Origin: Gammaproteobacteria bacterium
Lineage (GTDB): Bacteria > Pseudomonadota > Gammaproteobacteria > Pseudomonadales > Pseudohongiellaceae
Direction: 5' to 3'
Assembly (NCBI GenBank): GCA_030831165.1
Contig: JAURLP010000036.1
Location: 7,622 to 71,621 of the forward strand
DNA: 64,000 nt
Below the pieces are notes generated by a model that made no database searches, was not told where the DNA came from, and saw only the letters and a list, made by a program, of their open reading frames with translations. Below are positions 48,258 to 58,963 of this stretch, piece after piece. The stretch's first letter is position 1, and every line of letters begins with the position of its first letter. The translations under genes and the position numbers were made by a program.

Positions 48258-49801
48258 GTAAATTCAATTAATGAATGACCGCTCATTTCAGCAGGCAGGT
48301 CCAGGTGCATCAAACTTAGCAAGCTAGGAGCTATATCGGATAAAGCGCCATCATCTTTAAGCTTAAGCTTTTGCCTGCCAACATAAACCAAGGGAACCGG
48401 GCCGCTAGTATGGGAGGTCAGGCTTTGCTCACTATGCTCATCTCGCATCTTCTCTACATTGCCATGATCAGCAGTAATCAGGCAGTCACCGTCTACTTCA
48501 AGTATAGCCTTGGTAATCATGCCCATACATTCATCAAGAACTTCTACTGCCTTGATGGATGCGTCCAGATTGCCGGTATGGCCTACCATGTCGCCATTGG
48601 CAAAATTACAGATGATGGCTGCATATTCGCGACTTTTTATCGCATTCACCAACTTTTCGCATACTTCATAGGCGCTCATTTCTGGCTTTAAATCATATGT
48701 GCTTACTTGAGGAGAGGGGACGAGTATACGGGTCTCGCCCTTAAACTCTTTTTCCTGTCCGCCACTGAAGAAAAAAGTGACATGTGCGTATTTTTCAGTC
48801 TCTGCAATTCTCAGCTGAGTGAGGTCCTTTTTAGCTAAATATTCACCCAGGCTATTACTTAACTCCATCGGTGGGTAGGCACAAGGTGCTTTTATGTCGA
48901 CAGAATATTGAGTAAGGGTAAGAAAAGCGCTGTAGTTTATTTTTTGATGGGATTCGAATTCAGAAAAATTGGCATCAAATAATGCTCTAGTCAGTTCACG
49001 TGCCCGATCTGCTCGAAAATTCATGAAGATCATAGCATCACCATCAACTATTTTTATTGTTTTATTATCGGATGAAAGAATGCAACTGGGCTTAACAAAT
49101 TCATCATCTTCATTTCTATTATAGGCATCATGCAGGGAATCCAGGGCATGGCTATAATGATATTCAGATTTGCCAAGAACAATACTCTGATAAGCCAGCT
49201 CTACTCTATCCCAGCGATTATCCCGATCCATTGCGTAAAAACGGCCACCGATACTGGCAATTTGACCTTTGCCAGATTTCTCGAGTTTGCTTGAAAATTT
49301 AGTCAGGGAAGCTTTAGCGCTTCTTGGCGGGGTGTCTCTGCCATCTAATAAGGCATGTAAATAAATTTTCCGACAATTCTGCTGTATTGCCAGATCAATC
49401 AGGGCCTCTATCTGGTCTTCATGACTATGAATCCCGCCCGGTGATAAGAGCCCGACAATATGTAAAGCGCCATTCGCTACATTAGCCTTATGGCAGGCTT
49501 CTATAAAAGCTGGATTGGTGAAGAAGTCACCATCAGCAATGGATTTATTAATACGAGTCAGGCTTTGATATACCACACGTCCAGCGCCTAAATTCATATG
49601 CCCAACTTCTGAATTGCCCATTTGACCTTCTGGTAAACCAACTTTTAATCCAGATGTGTGGATAAGAGTATGTGGATAGTCAGTCAACAACTTGTCCCAT
49701 ACAGGGGTTTTGGCCAAACTGATAGCGTTTGCATCGGATTCTTCGCGATGCCCCCAACCGTCAAGAATTAATAGGAGGCGGGGAGATATGGGTTGATTCA
49801 T
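48254..49801 (-). CDS. gpmI: 2,3-bisphosphoglycerate-independent phosphoglycerate mutase
   Basis: LLILDGWG, GQMGNSEVGHMNLGAGR and ITADHGN. 515 aa. Confidence 0.95.
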   Translation of the reverse strand: MNQPISPRLLLILDGWGHREESDANAISLAKTPVWDKLLTDYPHTLIHTSGLKVGLPEGQMGNSEVGHMNLGAGRVVYQSLTRINKSIADGDFFTNPAFIEACHKANVANGALHIVGLLSPGGIHSHEDQIEALIDLAIQQNCRKIYLHALLDGRDTPPRSAKASLTKFSSKLEKSGKGQIASIGGRFYAMDRDNRWDRVELAYQSIVLGKSEYHYSHALDSLHDAYNRNEDDEFVKPSCILSSDNKTIKIVDGDAMIFMNFRADRARELTRALFDANFSEFESHQKINYSAFLTLTQYSVDIKAPCAYPPMELSNSLGEYLAKKDLTQLRIAETEKYAHVTFFFSGGQEKEFKGETRILVPSPQVSTYDLKPEMSAYEVCEKLVNAIKSREYAAIICNFANGDMVGHTGNLDASIKAVEVLDECMGMITKAILEVDGDCLITADHGNVEKMRDEHSEQSLTSHTSGPVPLVYVGRQKLKLKDDGALSDIAPSLLSLMHLDLPAEMSGHSLIEFT

Positions 49802-49958
49802 AGGGATTAAAAAGGCTAATTAAGGGAGGTAAATTATAGGCTCTATGGAAGATTAGTTAAACTAAGTTACCAGTAAAAAACTGAATCAAGCGGTTTTACT
49901 CTGAGTGCTTAGTTCTTTATACTGCGTCCCAATTTGCATATGCAGTTTTGAGTAAATT

Positions 49959-50372
49959 ATGGGGCGTTTATTAGAATTTCTTATCAACCATTGGATTCTA
50001 ACAGGTCTATGGGTAGTTATTTTTATAGCGCTTATTGCCTATTTACAAAAGAAAGCAGGTAAGACTGTTGGGATACATGAAGCAACACGTCTTATTAATC
50101 AGGAAGGCGGAGTTATTCTGGACATCAGAGATAAAAAGGTTTTTGATAAGGGGCATATCGTCAATGCAGTTAATATTCCTTTGGCTAAACTGGAAGAGCG
50201 AATGGTAGAGCTGGAAAAAAATAAAAATAATCCACTTATCGTTGTTTGCCAGATGGGTCATCAATCTGGAGAAGCAGTCAAAAAACTGGAAGTTAAGGGA
50301 TATTCAAAAGTATCCAGAATGACTGGCGGGATGACAGAGTGGCAATCGCAGGGTTTACCATTAGTAGTATAA
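49959..50372 (+). CDS. Membrane-anchored rhodanese-domain protein (YibN-like)
   Basis: N-terminal TM helix, a rhodanese fold and the active-site loop VVCQMGHQS. Sits in the E. coli yibN position. Confidence 0.8.
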   Translation: MGRLLEFLINHWILTGLWVVIFIALIAYLQKKAGKTVGIHEATRLINQEGGVILDIRDKKVFDKGHIVNAVNIPLAKLEERMVELEKNKNNPLIVVCQMGHQSGEAVKKLEVKGYSKVSRMTGGMTEWQSQGLPLVV

Positions 50373-50454
50373 AGCATTTTGCTTATTAATTTAGACGCAT
50401 TACCAATAAAAATAATTTACAATAATTTATTCATAATATAGGAAGAATCGAGAA

Positions 50455-50955
50455 ATGGCAGATAAAGAAGATCAGTCAAATGTACAGGCTACTGGGCAGG
50501 CAAATGGAACTGCAATGAAATTCGTAATTCAAAGAATTTATATTAAAGACTCTTCATTTGAGTCACCAAATACCCCTGATATTTTCAAAACAGAATATAA
50601 ACCGAATATTCAGTTTAATATGAATACTAAAACTAATAATTTCCAGGAAAATTTTCACGAAGTTATTTTGACAATGACGGCTGAAGTAAAAAATAGCGAT
50701 GATAAAGTGTATTTTATTGCTGAGGTACAACAAGCTGGTATTTTTCAAATCGAAGGGTTTGAGGCTGAGCGACTAACGGAGGTATTACATATTTCATGTC
50801 CTAATATATTGTATCCATATGGTCGTGAGGTTATTGATAACTTGGCAGTTAAGGGTGGCTTCCCTCCCTTGATGTTGGCCCCGGTGAATTTTGAATCAGC
50901 ATATTTACAGGCTCGTGAGCAGCAGACCAAACAACAAGAAGAACCAGCAAGTTAG
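50455..50955 (+). CDS. secB: Protein-export chaperone SecB
   Basis: FVIQRIYIKDSSFESPNTP matches E. coli FQIQRIYTKDISFEAPNAP. Acidic C-terminus. Confidence 0.92.
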   Translation: MADKEDQSNVQATGQANGTAMKFVIQRIYIKDSSFESPNTPDIFKTEYKPNIQFNMNTKTNNFQENFHEVILTMTAEVKNSDDKVYFIAEVQQAGIFQIEGFEAERLTEVLHISCPNILYPYGREVIDNLAVKGGFPPLMLAPVNFESAYLQAREQQTKQQEEPAS

Positions 50956-51001
50956 GGAACCATTGCTTATATAATTTATAAGTCATGAGTTGATAAAACG
51001 A

Positions 51002-51463
51002 TTAGTTTTTCTGAAAATTTAGTTGTCTCCATGCTTCATAAACCGCAATAGCAGCAGAGTTTGACAAATTTAAACTTCTGCTGCTGACCTGCATAGGAAT
51101 CGTTAATACATTTTCAATATGCTGACTTGTTCTGATTGATTCGGGCAACCCCCTAGTTTCAGGCCCAAACAATAAATAATCTCCTCTTGTATAGCTAACC
51201 TCAGAATATAAAGTTTTTCCTTTAGTACTAAAGGCATAAATTTTTCCGTCGCCTTTTTTTGACAAAAAGTCTGACCAGTTTTTATAAGTTTGTAAGGAGC
51301 TGTATTGATGATAATCGAGGCCTGCACGGCGCAGGTTTTTTTCATCTAAATCGAAGCCAAGGGGCTCAATTAAATGTAGTTGACAACCTGAATTGCTTGA
51401 TAACCTGATTATATTGCCTGTATTAGGCGGTATTTCTGGTTCAAAAAGAACTATGTTAAACAT
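51002..51463 (-). CDS. trmL: tRNA (cytidine/uridine-2'-O)-methyltransferase TrmL (SpoU/TrmH family)
   Basis: MFNIVLFEPEIPPNTGNIIRLSSNSGCQLHLIEPLGF and SLNLSNSAAIAVYEAWRQ. Confidence 0.9.
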   Translation of the reverse strand: MFNIVLFEPEIPPNTGNIIRLSSNSGCQLHLIEPLGFDLDEKNLRRAGLDYHQYSSLQTYKNWSDFLSKKGDGKIYAFSTKGKTLYSEVSYTRGDYLLFGPETRGLPESIRTSQHIENVLTIPMQVSSRSLNLSNSAAIAVYEAWRQLNFQKN

Positions 51464-51479
51464 ATAGTTTTATATAGCA

Positions 51480-52901
51480 TTAATCATCATCCTGATCATT
51501 TGAATGTAAACCAAGTTCTTTAATTTTTCGGGTTAAAGTATTTCTTCCCCAGCCGAGTAATTCAGCGGCGTCTCTTTTCCTGCCGCCACTATGTTTAAGA
51601 GCAGCTTCTATCATGCATTTTTCAAAAATGGGAGTTGCTTGCTGCAATATGCCGGTATGCCCTAAGCTTAGTTCCTGGTCCGCCCAGCTTTTTAAAAATT
51701 GTGCCCAATTTCCAGAAATACCTTTTTGGTTTTCTGGCTTAAGAAACTCTTCAGGTAAATCATTTATAAATACTTGATTGCCGGGGGCCATCACTGTAAT
51801 CCAGCTACAAAAATTTTCCAACTGCCTCACATTCCCAGGCCAGCTTAAACCGGTTAAATATTTCATTGTGTCCGGTCTTATGACCTTGGCATCAACGCCC
51901 ATTTGCTGAGCAGCTTTTTGCAAAAAATGCTGCATCAATGATGGAATATCTTCTCGTCTTTCAGATAATTTTGGGAGATGTATAGGGATAACATTTAGTC
52001 GATGGTAAAGATCTTCGCGAAATAAATGTTCGCGAACCCTGTTTTGTAAATTTTGGTGAGTGGCCGCAATAATGCGTACATCTGCTTTAATGGGTGTCAT
52101 TCCACCAATTCTGTAAAATTCACCATCAGAAAGGACGCGCAATAAACGAGTTTGTGCTTCCATTGGCATATCACCAATTTCATCAAGGAATAAAGTGCCG
52201 CTATCGGCCTGTTCAAATCGACCAACTCTTTGCTGGGTCGCGCCGGTGAAGGCCCCTTTTTCATGGCCAAATAATTCAGACTCGATTAAATCTTTTGGAA
52301 TTGCCGCGACATTTAGAGGGATATAAGGCTCTTTTGATCTGGGGCTATGTTTATGTAGTGCTTGGGCCACTAATTCTTTACCAGTCCCAGACTCCCCCTT
52401 AATTAATACGGTTATATTCGAATTTGCAAGCCGACCAATAGAACGAAATACTTCCTGCATAGCGGGAGCTTCACCAATGATTTCCTTAGCACTAACTTCA
52501 GGTATGACAGCCTTTTTGCCCTTGTTTTCTTTGGCATGCTTAACGGCGCGCTCAGCAACATCAATTGCATCATTTACGTCAAAAGGCTTTGGTAAATATT
52601 CAAATGCGCCATGTTTGTATGATTTCACTGCGCTACTTAAATCAGAATGGGCTGTCATGATGATGACAGGGAGCTGTGGATAGCTCTCGCTCACAAGGTT
52701 TAACACTTCAAGTCCATCCTTACCGGGCATACGAATGTCACTAATGATCGCATCAGGTTGCATGTCTCTTAGTTTTTCCAATAGGCTTTCTCCATTGTCA
52801 AAACTTTCGATATCAAAACCAGCTTTATCAAGCGCCTTTTCTAATACCCAGCGGATAGACTTGTCATCGTCAACAATCCAAATTAATTTATTAGCGCTCA
52901 T
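51480..52901 (-). CDS. ntrC: Nitrogen regulation response regulator NtrC (sigma54 activator)
   Basis: Receiver domain (IWIVDDDKSIRWVLEKAL..DIRMPG), an AAA+ domain with GESGTGKE and GAFTGA, and a C-terminal HTH. Confidence 0.9.
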   Translation of the reverse strand: MSANKLIWIVDDDKSIRWVLEKALDKAGFDIESFDNGESLLEKLRDMQPDAIISDIRMPGKDGLEVLNLVSESYPQLPVIIMTAHSDLSSAVKSYKHGAFEYLPKPFDVNDAIDVAERAVKHAKENKGKKAVIPEVSAKEIIGEAPAMQEVFRSIGRLANSNITVLIKGESGTGKELVAQALHKHSPRSKEPYIPLNVAAIPKDLIESELFGHEKGAFTGATQQRVGRFEQADSGTLFLDEIGDMPMEAQTRLLRVLSDGEFYRIGGMTPIKADVRIIAATHQNLQNRVREHLFREDLYHRLNVIPIHLPKLSERREDIPSLMQHFLQKAAQQMGVDAKVIRPDTMKYLTGLSWPGNVRQLENFCSWITVMAPGNQVFINDLPEEFLKPENQKGISGNWAQFLKSWADQELSLGHTGILQQATPIFEKCMIEAALKHSGGRKRDAAELLGWGRNTLTRKIKELGLHSNDQDDD

Positions 52902-52903
52902 AT

Positions 52904-53983
52904 TTAAGTTCCTTCATTTTCATCAGATATAGGAATGGACAGAATAAAACTGGTTTGCCCCTCCTGACTTTCACATTCGATTAAACCGTTGTGTTGGTGA
53001 AGAATTGTCTGGGCAATAGATAATCCTAATCCGGTTCCGCTAGCTCTGCCCGTTATTAATGGGTAAAAAATATTTTCAATAATGTCAGCTGAAATACCAG
53101 AGCCATTATCAATTATTTCAATTCGGGCAATGAGTTTATGCATCACAGGACCAATAGTTGCATGACTTATTGCACGGGTTTTTAAAATTATTTGAGGAGC
53201 TTTCTGATCAGACTCATATAAAGCTTGCATGGCATTTCGAACAACATTTAATACTGCCTGGATTAGCTGTTCCATATCGCCTAAAAATTCTGGAATACTG
53301 GGATCATAATCACGAATAAAAAGAATTTCACCTTTTGTTTCTGCTTCTAGAAGAGATCTCACTCTTTCAAGAACTTCATGGATATTGTGGTGTTTCAATA
53401 CTGGTTTTCTATATGAGCCTGTTAAGCGATCAACTAGGTTCACTAGGCGATCAGCTTCACTAATTATTACATTTGTATAGTCTTCTACATCTTTATTCGG
53501 GAATTCCAAGGCTAAAAGTTGGGCAGCTCCACGAATACCGCCCAATGGATTTTTAATTTCATGCCCAAGATTTCTTACCAGTTCAGAAGTAGTCTCATGA
53601 TTGGAAATGAGAGTCTCCCCTCGAGTAATGCTGTAAGAGCGGTCGAGTTCCTGAATTTCGATCAAGAGGAAATCTTGCTCTCGGTCATTGATAGACGAGA
53701 TTGAGTAATCCACCAGGAGCGATGTCCGATTTGCAAGGGTGAGCTGTACTTTACGTGCAATAAATGCATTTTTATTTTTTTGTACTGAAGCTAATGCTTT
53801 CAGAGTAGATTCTGGCTGGTAGAGTAAATCGCCAATATACGAATTACGCGATCTTTTTTCACTGGTCCTGAAAAGCGCTTCCGCAGAGGGGTTTAAGTGG
53901 AATAAGCAAAAGCTGCTATCCAGTATAACCACTGCTGAAGTTAAATGGTCAAGCAAACTAGTATTAAAACTTTCTGTGTTCAT
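52904..53983 (-). CDS. ntrB: Nitrogen regulation sensor histidine kinase NtrB
   Basis: PAS-like N-terminus, the H-box HEIKNPLGGIRGAAQLL, and N/G boxes (NAMQA, GTGLGLSIAQ). Confidence 0.88.
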   Translation of the reverse strand: MNTESFNTSLLDHLTSAVVILDSSFCLFHLNPSAEALFRTSEKRSRNSYIGDLLYQPESTLKALASVQKNKNAFIARKVQLTLANRTSLLVDYSISSINDREQDFLLIEIQELDRSYSITRGETLISNHETTSELVRNLGHEIKNPLGGIRGAAQLLALEFPNKDVEDYTNVIISEADRLVNLVDRLTGSYRKPVLKHHNIHEVLERVRSLLEAETKGEILFIRDYDPSIPEFLGDMEQLIQAVLNVVRNAMQALYESDQKAPQIILKTRAISHATIGPVMHKLIARIEIIDNGSGISADIIENIFYPLITGRASGTGLGLSIAQTILHQHNGLIECESQEGQTSFILSIPISDENEGT

Positions 53984-54058
53984 GTGTTTTAAATTTCATA
54001 TCGGGTAAAGCGAATATTTATCGTCGGTATCCGGCTAGATCGTTTAGAGAATAAGTCC

Positions 54059-54075
54059 TGCAAAATTTGAACCAA
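54059..54075 (-). promoter_or_regulatory. Candidate sigma54 (-24/-12) promoter upstream of ntrB
   Basis: On the minus strand, TTGGTTCAAATTTTGCA has a GG-N10-GC geometry and a TTGCA -12 element, about 75 nt upstream of the ntrB ATG. Confidence 0.4.
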
Positions 54076-54269
54076 CCTGGGGCAAATTAAGGGTTATAGG
54101 CGATTAATTGCCTTATTGGGGCCATAGAAAAATAAATTGTAACCGAAAAAAGCAAAAATTGCCCCATAATAGTGCATAGAAGTGCCGTTTTAAGTATTGG
54201 CATCTTGCTGTAAGTGCCATTCAAGTCGGCCATTGGTATCATTGCATCTTCTTACATGTTGTTGGCTTT

Positions 54270-55742
54270 TTGCCCCATAAATCACTCTGCAAGAATGAAA
54301 TATCTGCTGAAATTACAATCAAAAGCCGGCCTGTATGCGTGCACTTTGTGAAGCAATTTACTAGAAATCTGAGGGCCATTCTAAGAAAAGTAGATGAGCG
54401 TATTGTCGTCAGCTCAAAGCGGAATTTTCTTGAAGTTAATTCACCCGATGAATCTGGTGATATTAACCCTTTCGTAGAGGAGATATTATTGAGCATTCCT
54501 GGGGTCGCCTCCATTGCTTCAACTATCCACCTCCCTCTGGATAATTTCGAAAACATACTTAGTCATACCTTGGCCTTATTTACAGAGCGATTGCGAGGAA
54601 AAAGCTTCGCAGTGCGTTGTAAACGTGCAGGGAAACATTCTTTTACCTCGGTTGATGTTGAGAAGATTATAGGCGCTGGATTAAATCAGAATACATCGTC
54701 TTTAGGTGTGAATCTCAGTAAGCCGCATATTACGGTCAGGCTGGAAATTCGTGAGCAAGATGTATTCATAGTAGATGAATTAAAAGAAGGCTTGGGAGGC
54801 TACCCTCTGGGTACTCAGGGTGGTGTTTTGTCATTGATTTCAGGTGGCTTTGATTCAGCAGTTTCCAGTTATTTATCAATAAGACGCGGTCTATTAACGC
54901 ATTATTGCTTTTTTAACCTGGGAGGACGTGAGCATGAGATCGCTGTGAAGGAAGTGGCTTTATATTTGTGGATGCGTTATGGCTCTTCACATCGCGTAAA
55001 ATTTATTTCAGTTCCCTTTGAAGCTGTTGTGGGGGAAATAATTGGCAAAGTCGATAACGCTCAAATGGTTGTAATCCTCAAGCATATGATGTTTAGAGCC
55101 GCTGGCAAACTGGCAACACAGCTTAATTTAGATGCCTTAGTAACGGGAGAAGCCGTTGCCCAGGTTTCCAGTCAGACCCTGCCAAACCTGGCAGTAATTG
55201 ATGGCGCGAGTGATAAACTGGTTTTACGCCCACTTATAATGAGTGAGAAGCAGGATATTATTGATCTGGTAAGAAAGATTGGGACAGAGGAATTTTCAGC
55301 AGCAATTCCTGAATACTGTGGTGTTATTTCTGTCAATCCAACGACCAAAGCCCGCCAGCATCGTATTGAGAGAGAAGAAGAACGATTTGATTTCTCAATC
55401 CTGGAAACTGCGTTAGCAGAAACAAAAATCTTAACAATCGATAAATTATTGGGAGTTGAAAAAGAATCACCGATCGAACTGCTTGAGCTGGAAGTTGTGC
55501 CTGAACAAGCAGTTGTGATTGATATTCGTCATCCCGATGAGGAAGAACCTTCCCCATTAAATATTCCAAACCGTGAAATTCAAAAAGTTCCTTTCTTTAA
55601 GTTAAATTCCATGTTTGAACACAATAACATTGATCAAGAGACTCAATATTTACTCTATTGCGATAAAGGTATGATGAGTAGATTACATGCCTCCTATCTG
55701 ATACAGATAGGAGGCATGGTAGGTGTTTACCGCCCCAGCTAA
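54270..55742 (+). CDS. thiI: tRNA 4-thiouridine(8) synthase ThiI (with C-terminal rhodanese domain)
   Basis: EITIKSRPV, the PP-loop SLISGGFDSAVS, ALVTGEAVAQVSSQT and the rhodanese Cys LLYCDKGMMSRL. The start is uncertain: TTG at 54270 with an atypical N-terminus. Confidence 0.85.
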   Translation: MPHKSLCKNEISAEITIKSRPVCVHFVKQFTRNLRAILRKVDERIVVSSKRNFLEVNSPDESGDINPFVEEILLSIPGVASIASTIHLPLDNFENILSHTLALFTERLRGKSFAVRCKRAGKHSFTSVDVEKIIGAGLNQNTSSLGVNLSKPHITVRLEIREQDVFIVDELKEGLGGYPLGTQGGVLSLISGGFDSAVSSYLSIRRGLLTHYCFFNLGGREHEIAVKEVALYLWMRYGSSHRVKFISVPFEAVVGEIIGKVDNAQMVVILKHMMFRAAGKLATQLNLDALVTGEAVAQVSSQTLPNLAVIDGASDKLVLRPLIMSEKQDIIDLVRKIGTEEFSAAIPEYCGVISVNPTTKARQHRIEREEERFDFSILETALAETKILTIDKLLGVEKESPIELLELEVVPEQAVVIDIRHPDEEEPSPLNIPNREIQKVPFFKLNSMFEHNNIDQETQYLLYCDKGMMSRLHASYLIQIGGMVGVYRPS

Positions 55743-55859
55743 CATATAAATTGCTTATTTAATCCCTTAGCACTAACTAGATGCTGGTTTTTCTGTTTTA
55801 AACAATGCAATCCGCTATAATGCGCCACTTTTTGCAGCTCGATCCGACAGGAAATCAAT

Positions 55860-57689
55860 GTGATAGAGAAGATTCGAAATATAGCCATTATTGCTCATGT
55901 CGACCATGGTAAAACGACACTGGTAGATAAATTACTTTCACAGTCCGGAACTCTGGAAACCAGAGGAAAGGATATAGAGCGAGTAATGGACTCCAGTGAT
56001 CAGGAGAAAGAGCGGGGCATAACTATCCTCGCCAAAAATACAGCTGTCAGTTGGCAGGATTATCGAATCAATATTGTCGATACGCCTGGACATGCCGATT
56101 TTGGTGGAGAAGTTGAAAGGGTATTATCGATGGTCGATTGCGTGCTGCTACTAGTTGATGCAGTTGATGGGCCTATGCCCCAGACTCGTTTTGTCACACA
56201 AAAAGCTTTCGCCAGAGGATTAAAGCCTATAGTAGTAATTAATAAAGTCGATAGAGAGGGCGCGCGACCGGATTGGGTATTAAATGAAGTTTTTGACCTT
56301 TTTGATCGCTTAGGTGCAACTGAGGAACAACTGGATTTCCCCGTAATCTATGCTTCTGCCATTAATGGTGTTGCAGGAAATGAGGCCGATCAACTGGCCG
56401 AGGACATGACACCATTATTCCAGTTGATCGTTGACAAGGTGCCACCTCCAGATGTTGATCAGGATGGTCCTTTTCAAATGCAGATTTCGGCATTGGATTA
56501 TTCGTCCTATGTGGGTGTTATAGGCGTAGGCAGGATTTCTCGTGGTACTGTAAAAACAAATATGCCAGTGGTGTTGATTGATAGTGAAGGTAAAACAAGA
56601 AAAGCCAAAGTAGGGCAGGTTAAGACTTATTTGGGCCTGGAGCGCATCGATGCGGATTCTGCTCAAGCCGGCGATATTATTTGTATTACAGGCATAGAAA
56701 AACTCAATATCTCTGACACGATTTGTGACCCTGAAAATGTAGAAGCCTTACCAGCTCTTTCAGTTGATGAACCGACGGTGACAATGACATTTCAGGTGAA
56801 TGATTCACCCTTTGCCGGTCTGGAAGGTAAATATGTTACTAGCCGGAATATCAAAGAGAGGCTAGATCAGGAATTAATTCATAATGTTGCACTTCGAGTA
56901 GAACAAGGAAGCACAGCTGATAAATTTATTGTTTCGGGGCGCGGCGAGCTGCATTTATCGGTTCTTATTGAAAGTATGCGCAGAGAAGGATTTGAACTTG
57001 CTGTTTCAAGACCGCAGGTTGTTATTAAGGAAATAGATGGCGTTAAACATGAACCTTATGAAATGTTATTGCTTGATGTAGACGAAGCTCATCAGGGTGG
57101 TGTAATTGAAGAACTCGGCAAGCGTAAGGCCGAGATGCAAGACATGGTGTCAGACAATAAAGGACGCATGCGCATAAGTTTCATTATTCCAACCCGAGGC
57201 TTGATTGGTTTTAGAACCATGTTCCTCGGTATGACATCTGGATCCGGTATTATGACGCATATCTTTGATCATTACGGTCCAGTCAAGGAAGGTGAAATTG
57301 GTAAGCGAAATCGTGGTGTTCTAGTTTCCATGGTGAATGGTAAAACACTGGCGTTTGCATTATATACCTTGCAAGATAGAGGCAGACTTTTTGTTGAACC
57401 AGCTGTAGATGTTTATGAAGGTATGATTGTTGGCTTGCATAGTCGAGAAAATGATTTGGCTGTAAATCCAACAAAAGCAAAACAGCTGACCAACATTCGA
57501 GCAGCAGGGACTGATGAAAATTTAATTTTAACAACACCAATTCGTCACAGTTTAGAGCAGGCGATGGAGTTTATTGAAGCTGATGAACTTGTTGAAATCA
57601 CGCCAAAATCAATACGTATTCGGAAAATGTATCTTACTGAAAATGAACGAAAGCGAATGTCTAGAGGTTCAGAACTTCGAGGACAATAA
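55860..57689 (+). CDS. typA: Translational GTPase TypA/BipA
   Basis: [36 protein letters not shown] and NKVD. 609 aa. GTG start. Confidence 0.95.
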   Translation: MIEKIRNIAIIAHVDHGKTTLVDKLLSQSGTLETRGKDIERVMDSSDQEKERGITILAKNTAVSWQDYRINIVDTPGHADFGGEVERVLSMVDCVLLLVDAVDGPMPQTRFVTQKAFARGLKPIVVINKVDREGARPDWVLNEVFDLFDRLGATEEQLDFPVIYASAINGVAGNEADQLAEDMTPLFQLIVDKVPPPDVDQDGPFQMQISALDYSSYVGVIGVGRISRGTVKTNMPVVLIDSEGKTRKAKVGQVKTYLGLERIDADSAQAGDIICITGIEKLNISDTICDPENVEALPALSVDEPTVTMTFQVNDSPFAGLEGKYVTSRNIKERLDQELIHNVALRVEQGSTADKFIVSGRGELHLSVLIESMRREGFELAVSRPQVVIKEIDGVKHEPYEMLLLDVDEAHQGGVIEELGKRKAEMQDMVSDNKGRMRISFIIPTRGLIGFRTMFLGMTSGSGIMTHIFDHYGPVKEGEIGKRNRGVLVSMVNGKTLAFALYTLQDRGRLFVEPAVDVYEGMIVGLHSRENDLAVNPTKAKQLTNIRAAGTDENLILTTPIRHSLEQAMEFIEADELVEITPKSIRIRKMYLTENERKRMSRGSELRGQ

Positions 57690-57748
57690 ATCTCTCTAGT
57701 GATTAGTAACTTTTATAAATTAAAGAAAAATTGAAATGTGAGTAGCTT

Positions 57749-58186
57749 ATGTTAGCGCTTATTCAACGAGTTTCTTCAGCCTCAGTTAAAATTAGTGACA
57801 AAACAATAGGCCAAATAGGGCAGGGGCTTTTGGTTTTTCTGGGTATAGAAAAAGAAGATACAGAAAATGAAGCAGACAAACTTTTAAATAAATTGATGTC
57901 CTATCGAGTTTTTTCTGATGATGAAGATAAAATGAATCTAAGTGTCAGGGATGTTAAAGGGAGCTTGCTAATTATTTCTCAATTCACTCTGGCGGCAGAC
58001 ACTAATAAAGGATTACGACCGAGCTTTTCCTCTGCACTGCCTCCCGGCGAAGCTGAGCTGTTATATCAATATTTTTTGAATCAGGCCCAAAGGCAATATG
58101 ACCAAATTGAGTATGGAAAGTTTGGTGCTGATATGCAGGTTAGTTTAGTAAATGATGGGCCGGTTACTTTTTTATTAAAAAGTTAG
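57749..58186 (+). CDS. dtd: D-aminoacyl-tRNA deacylase
   Basis: MLALIQRVSSASV.., SQFTLAADT.KG.RPSF and GADMQVSLVNDGPVTF. Confidence 0.92.
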   Translation: MLALIQRVSSASVKISDKTIGQIGQGLLVFLGIEKEDTENEADKLLNKLMSYRVFSDDEDKMNLSVRDVKGSLLIISQFTLAADTNKGLRPSFSSALPPGEAELLYQYFLNQAQRQYDQIEYGKFGADMQVSLVNDGPVTFLLKS

Positions 58187-58962
58187 TTTGCAGGCCTCTC
58201 GCTTTCCTCTGCATTTTCGTCCTCCTCTTCATCCTTTTTCTTATAAATAATCTTACCTGCAATTACTCCAGCTTCGAATAGCATCCACATTGGTATGGCA
58301 AGCATTGATTGTGAGAAAGGATCTGCCGGAGTAAGTAACATACCAGCTACGAAACATCCAATCACTACATAAGGTCGTTTTTGGACTAGCTTATCAGGTG
58401 TTGTTGCGCCTGAAACAATTAATAAAACGGTAGCAATGGGTATTTCAAAAGTTAGACCGAAAGCAAAAAACATTAACAGAACAAAATTCAGATATTCAGA
58501 TATGTCGGTCATGATGGCTACTCCTTCTGGAGCAACAGATGTAAAGAAACCGAAGATGAATCCCAGCACGACAAAGTAAGAAAAAGCGATACCTAGATAG
58601 AAAAGAATTATGCTTGAGACCAATATAGGTAAGGCAATCTTGATTTCGTTTCTATATAAACCTGGTGCAATAAAAGCCCAAACCTGATGCAATAAAAATG
58701 GAACAGATATGAATACCGCAACAAAGAAAGACAGTTTAAAGGGGACGAAAAATGGCGAAGTGACTTGTGTCGCAATCATCTCCGCACCTTCAGGCATTAC
58801 GTTGAGTAATGGAGATGCAACAAAGGTGTAAATTTCATTTGCAAATGGGAAAAGACAAAGAAAAATAACCAGCACAACAAGTAGAGAACGCAGAATTCGA
58901 TCACGTAATTCAATTAAGTGAGAAATCAGCGGCTGTTCTTTTGGGTCGTTTTCAAGAGCCAT
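58183..58962 (-). CDS. tatC: Twin-arginine translocase subunit TatC
   Basis: PLISHLIELRDRILRS and six TM helices. tatABC order. Confidence 0.92.
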   Translation of the reverse strand: MALENDPKEQPLISHLIELRDRILRSLLVVLVIFLCLFPFANEIYTFVASPLLNVMPEGAEMIATQVTSPFFVPFKLSFFVAVFISVPFLLHQVWAFIAPGLYRNEIKIALPILVSSIILFYLGIAFSYFVVLGFIFGFFTSVAPEGVAIMTDISEYLNFVLLMFFAFGLTFEIPIATVLLIVSGATTPDKLVQKRPYVVIGCFVAGMLLTPADPFSQSMLAIPMWMLFEAGVIAGKIIYKKKDEEEDENAEESERPAN

Positions 58963-58963
58963 G

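Noticed and set aside
49935-49944. 10-bp palindrome TGCATATGCA in the gpmI / yibN divergent region
   Set aside because: Palindromes of this length are expected many times by chance in 64 kb, and no second site or known operator matches.
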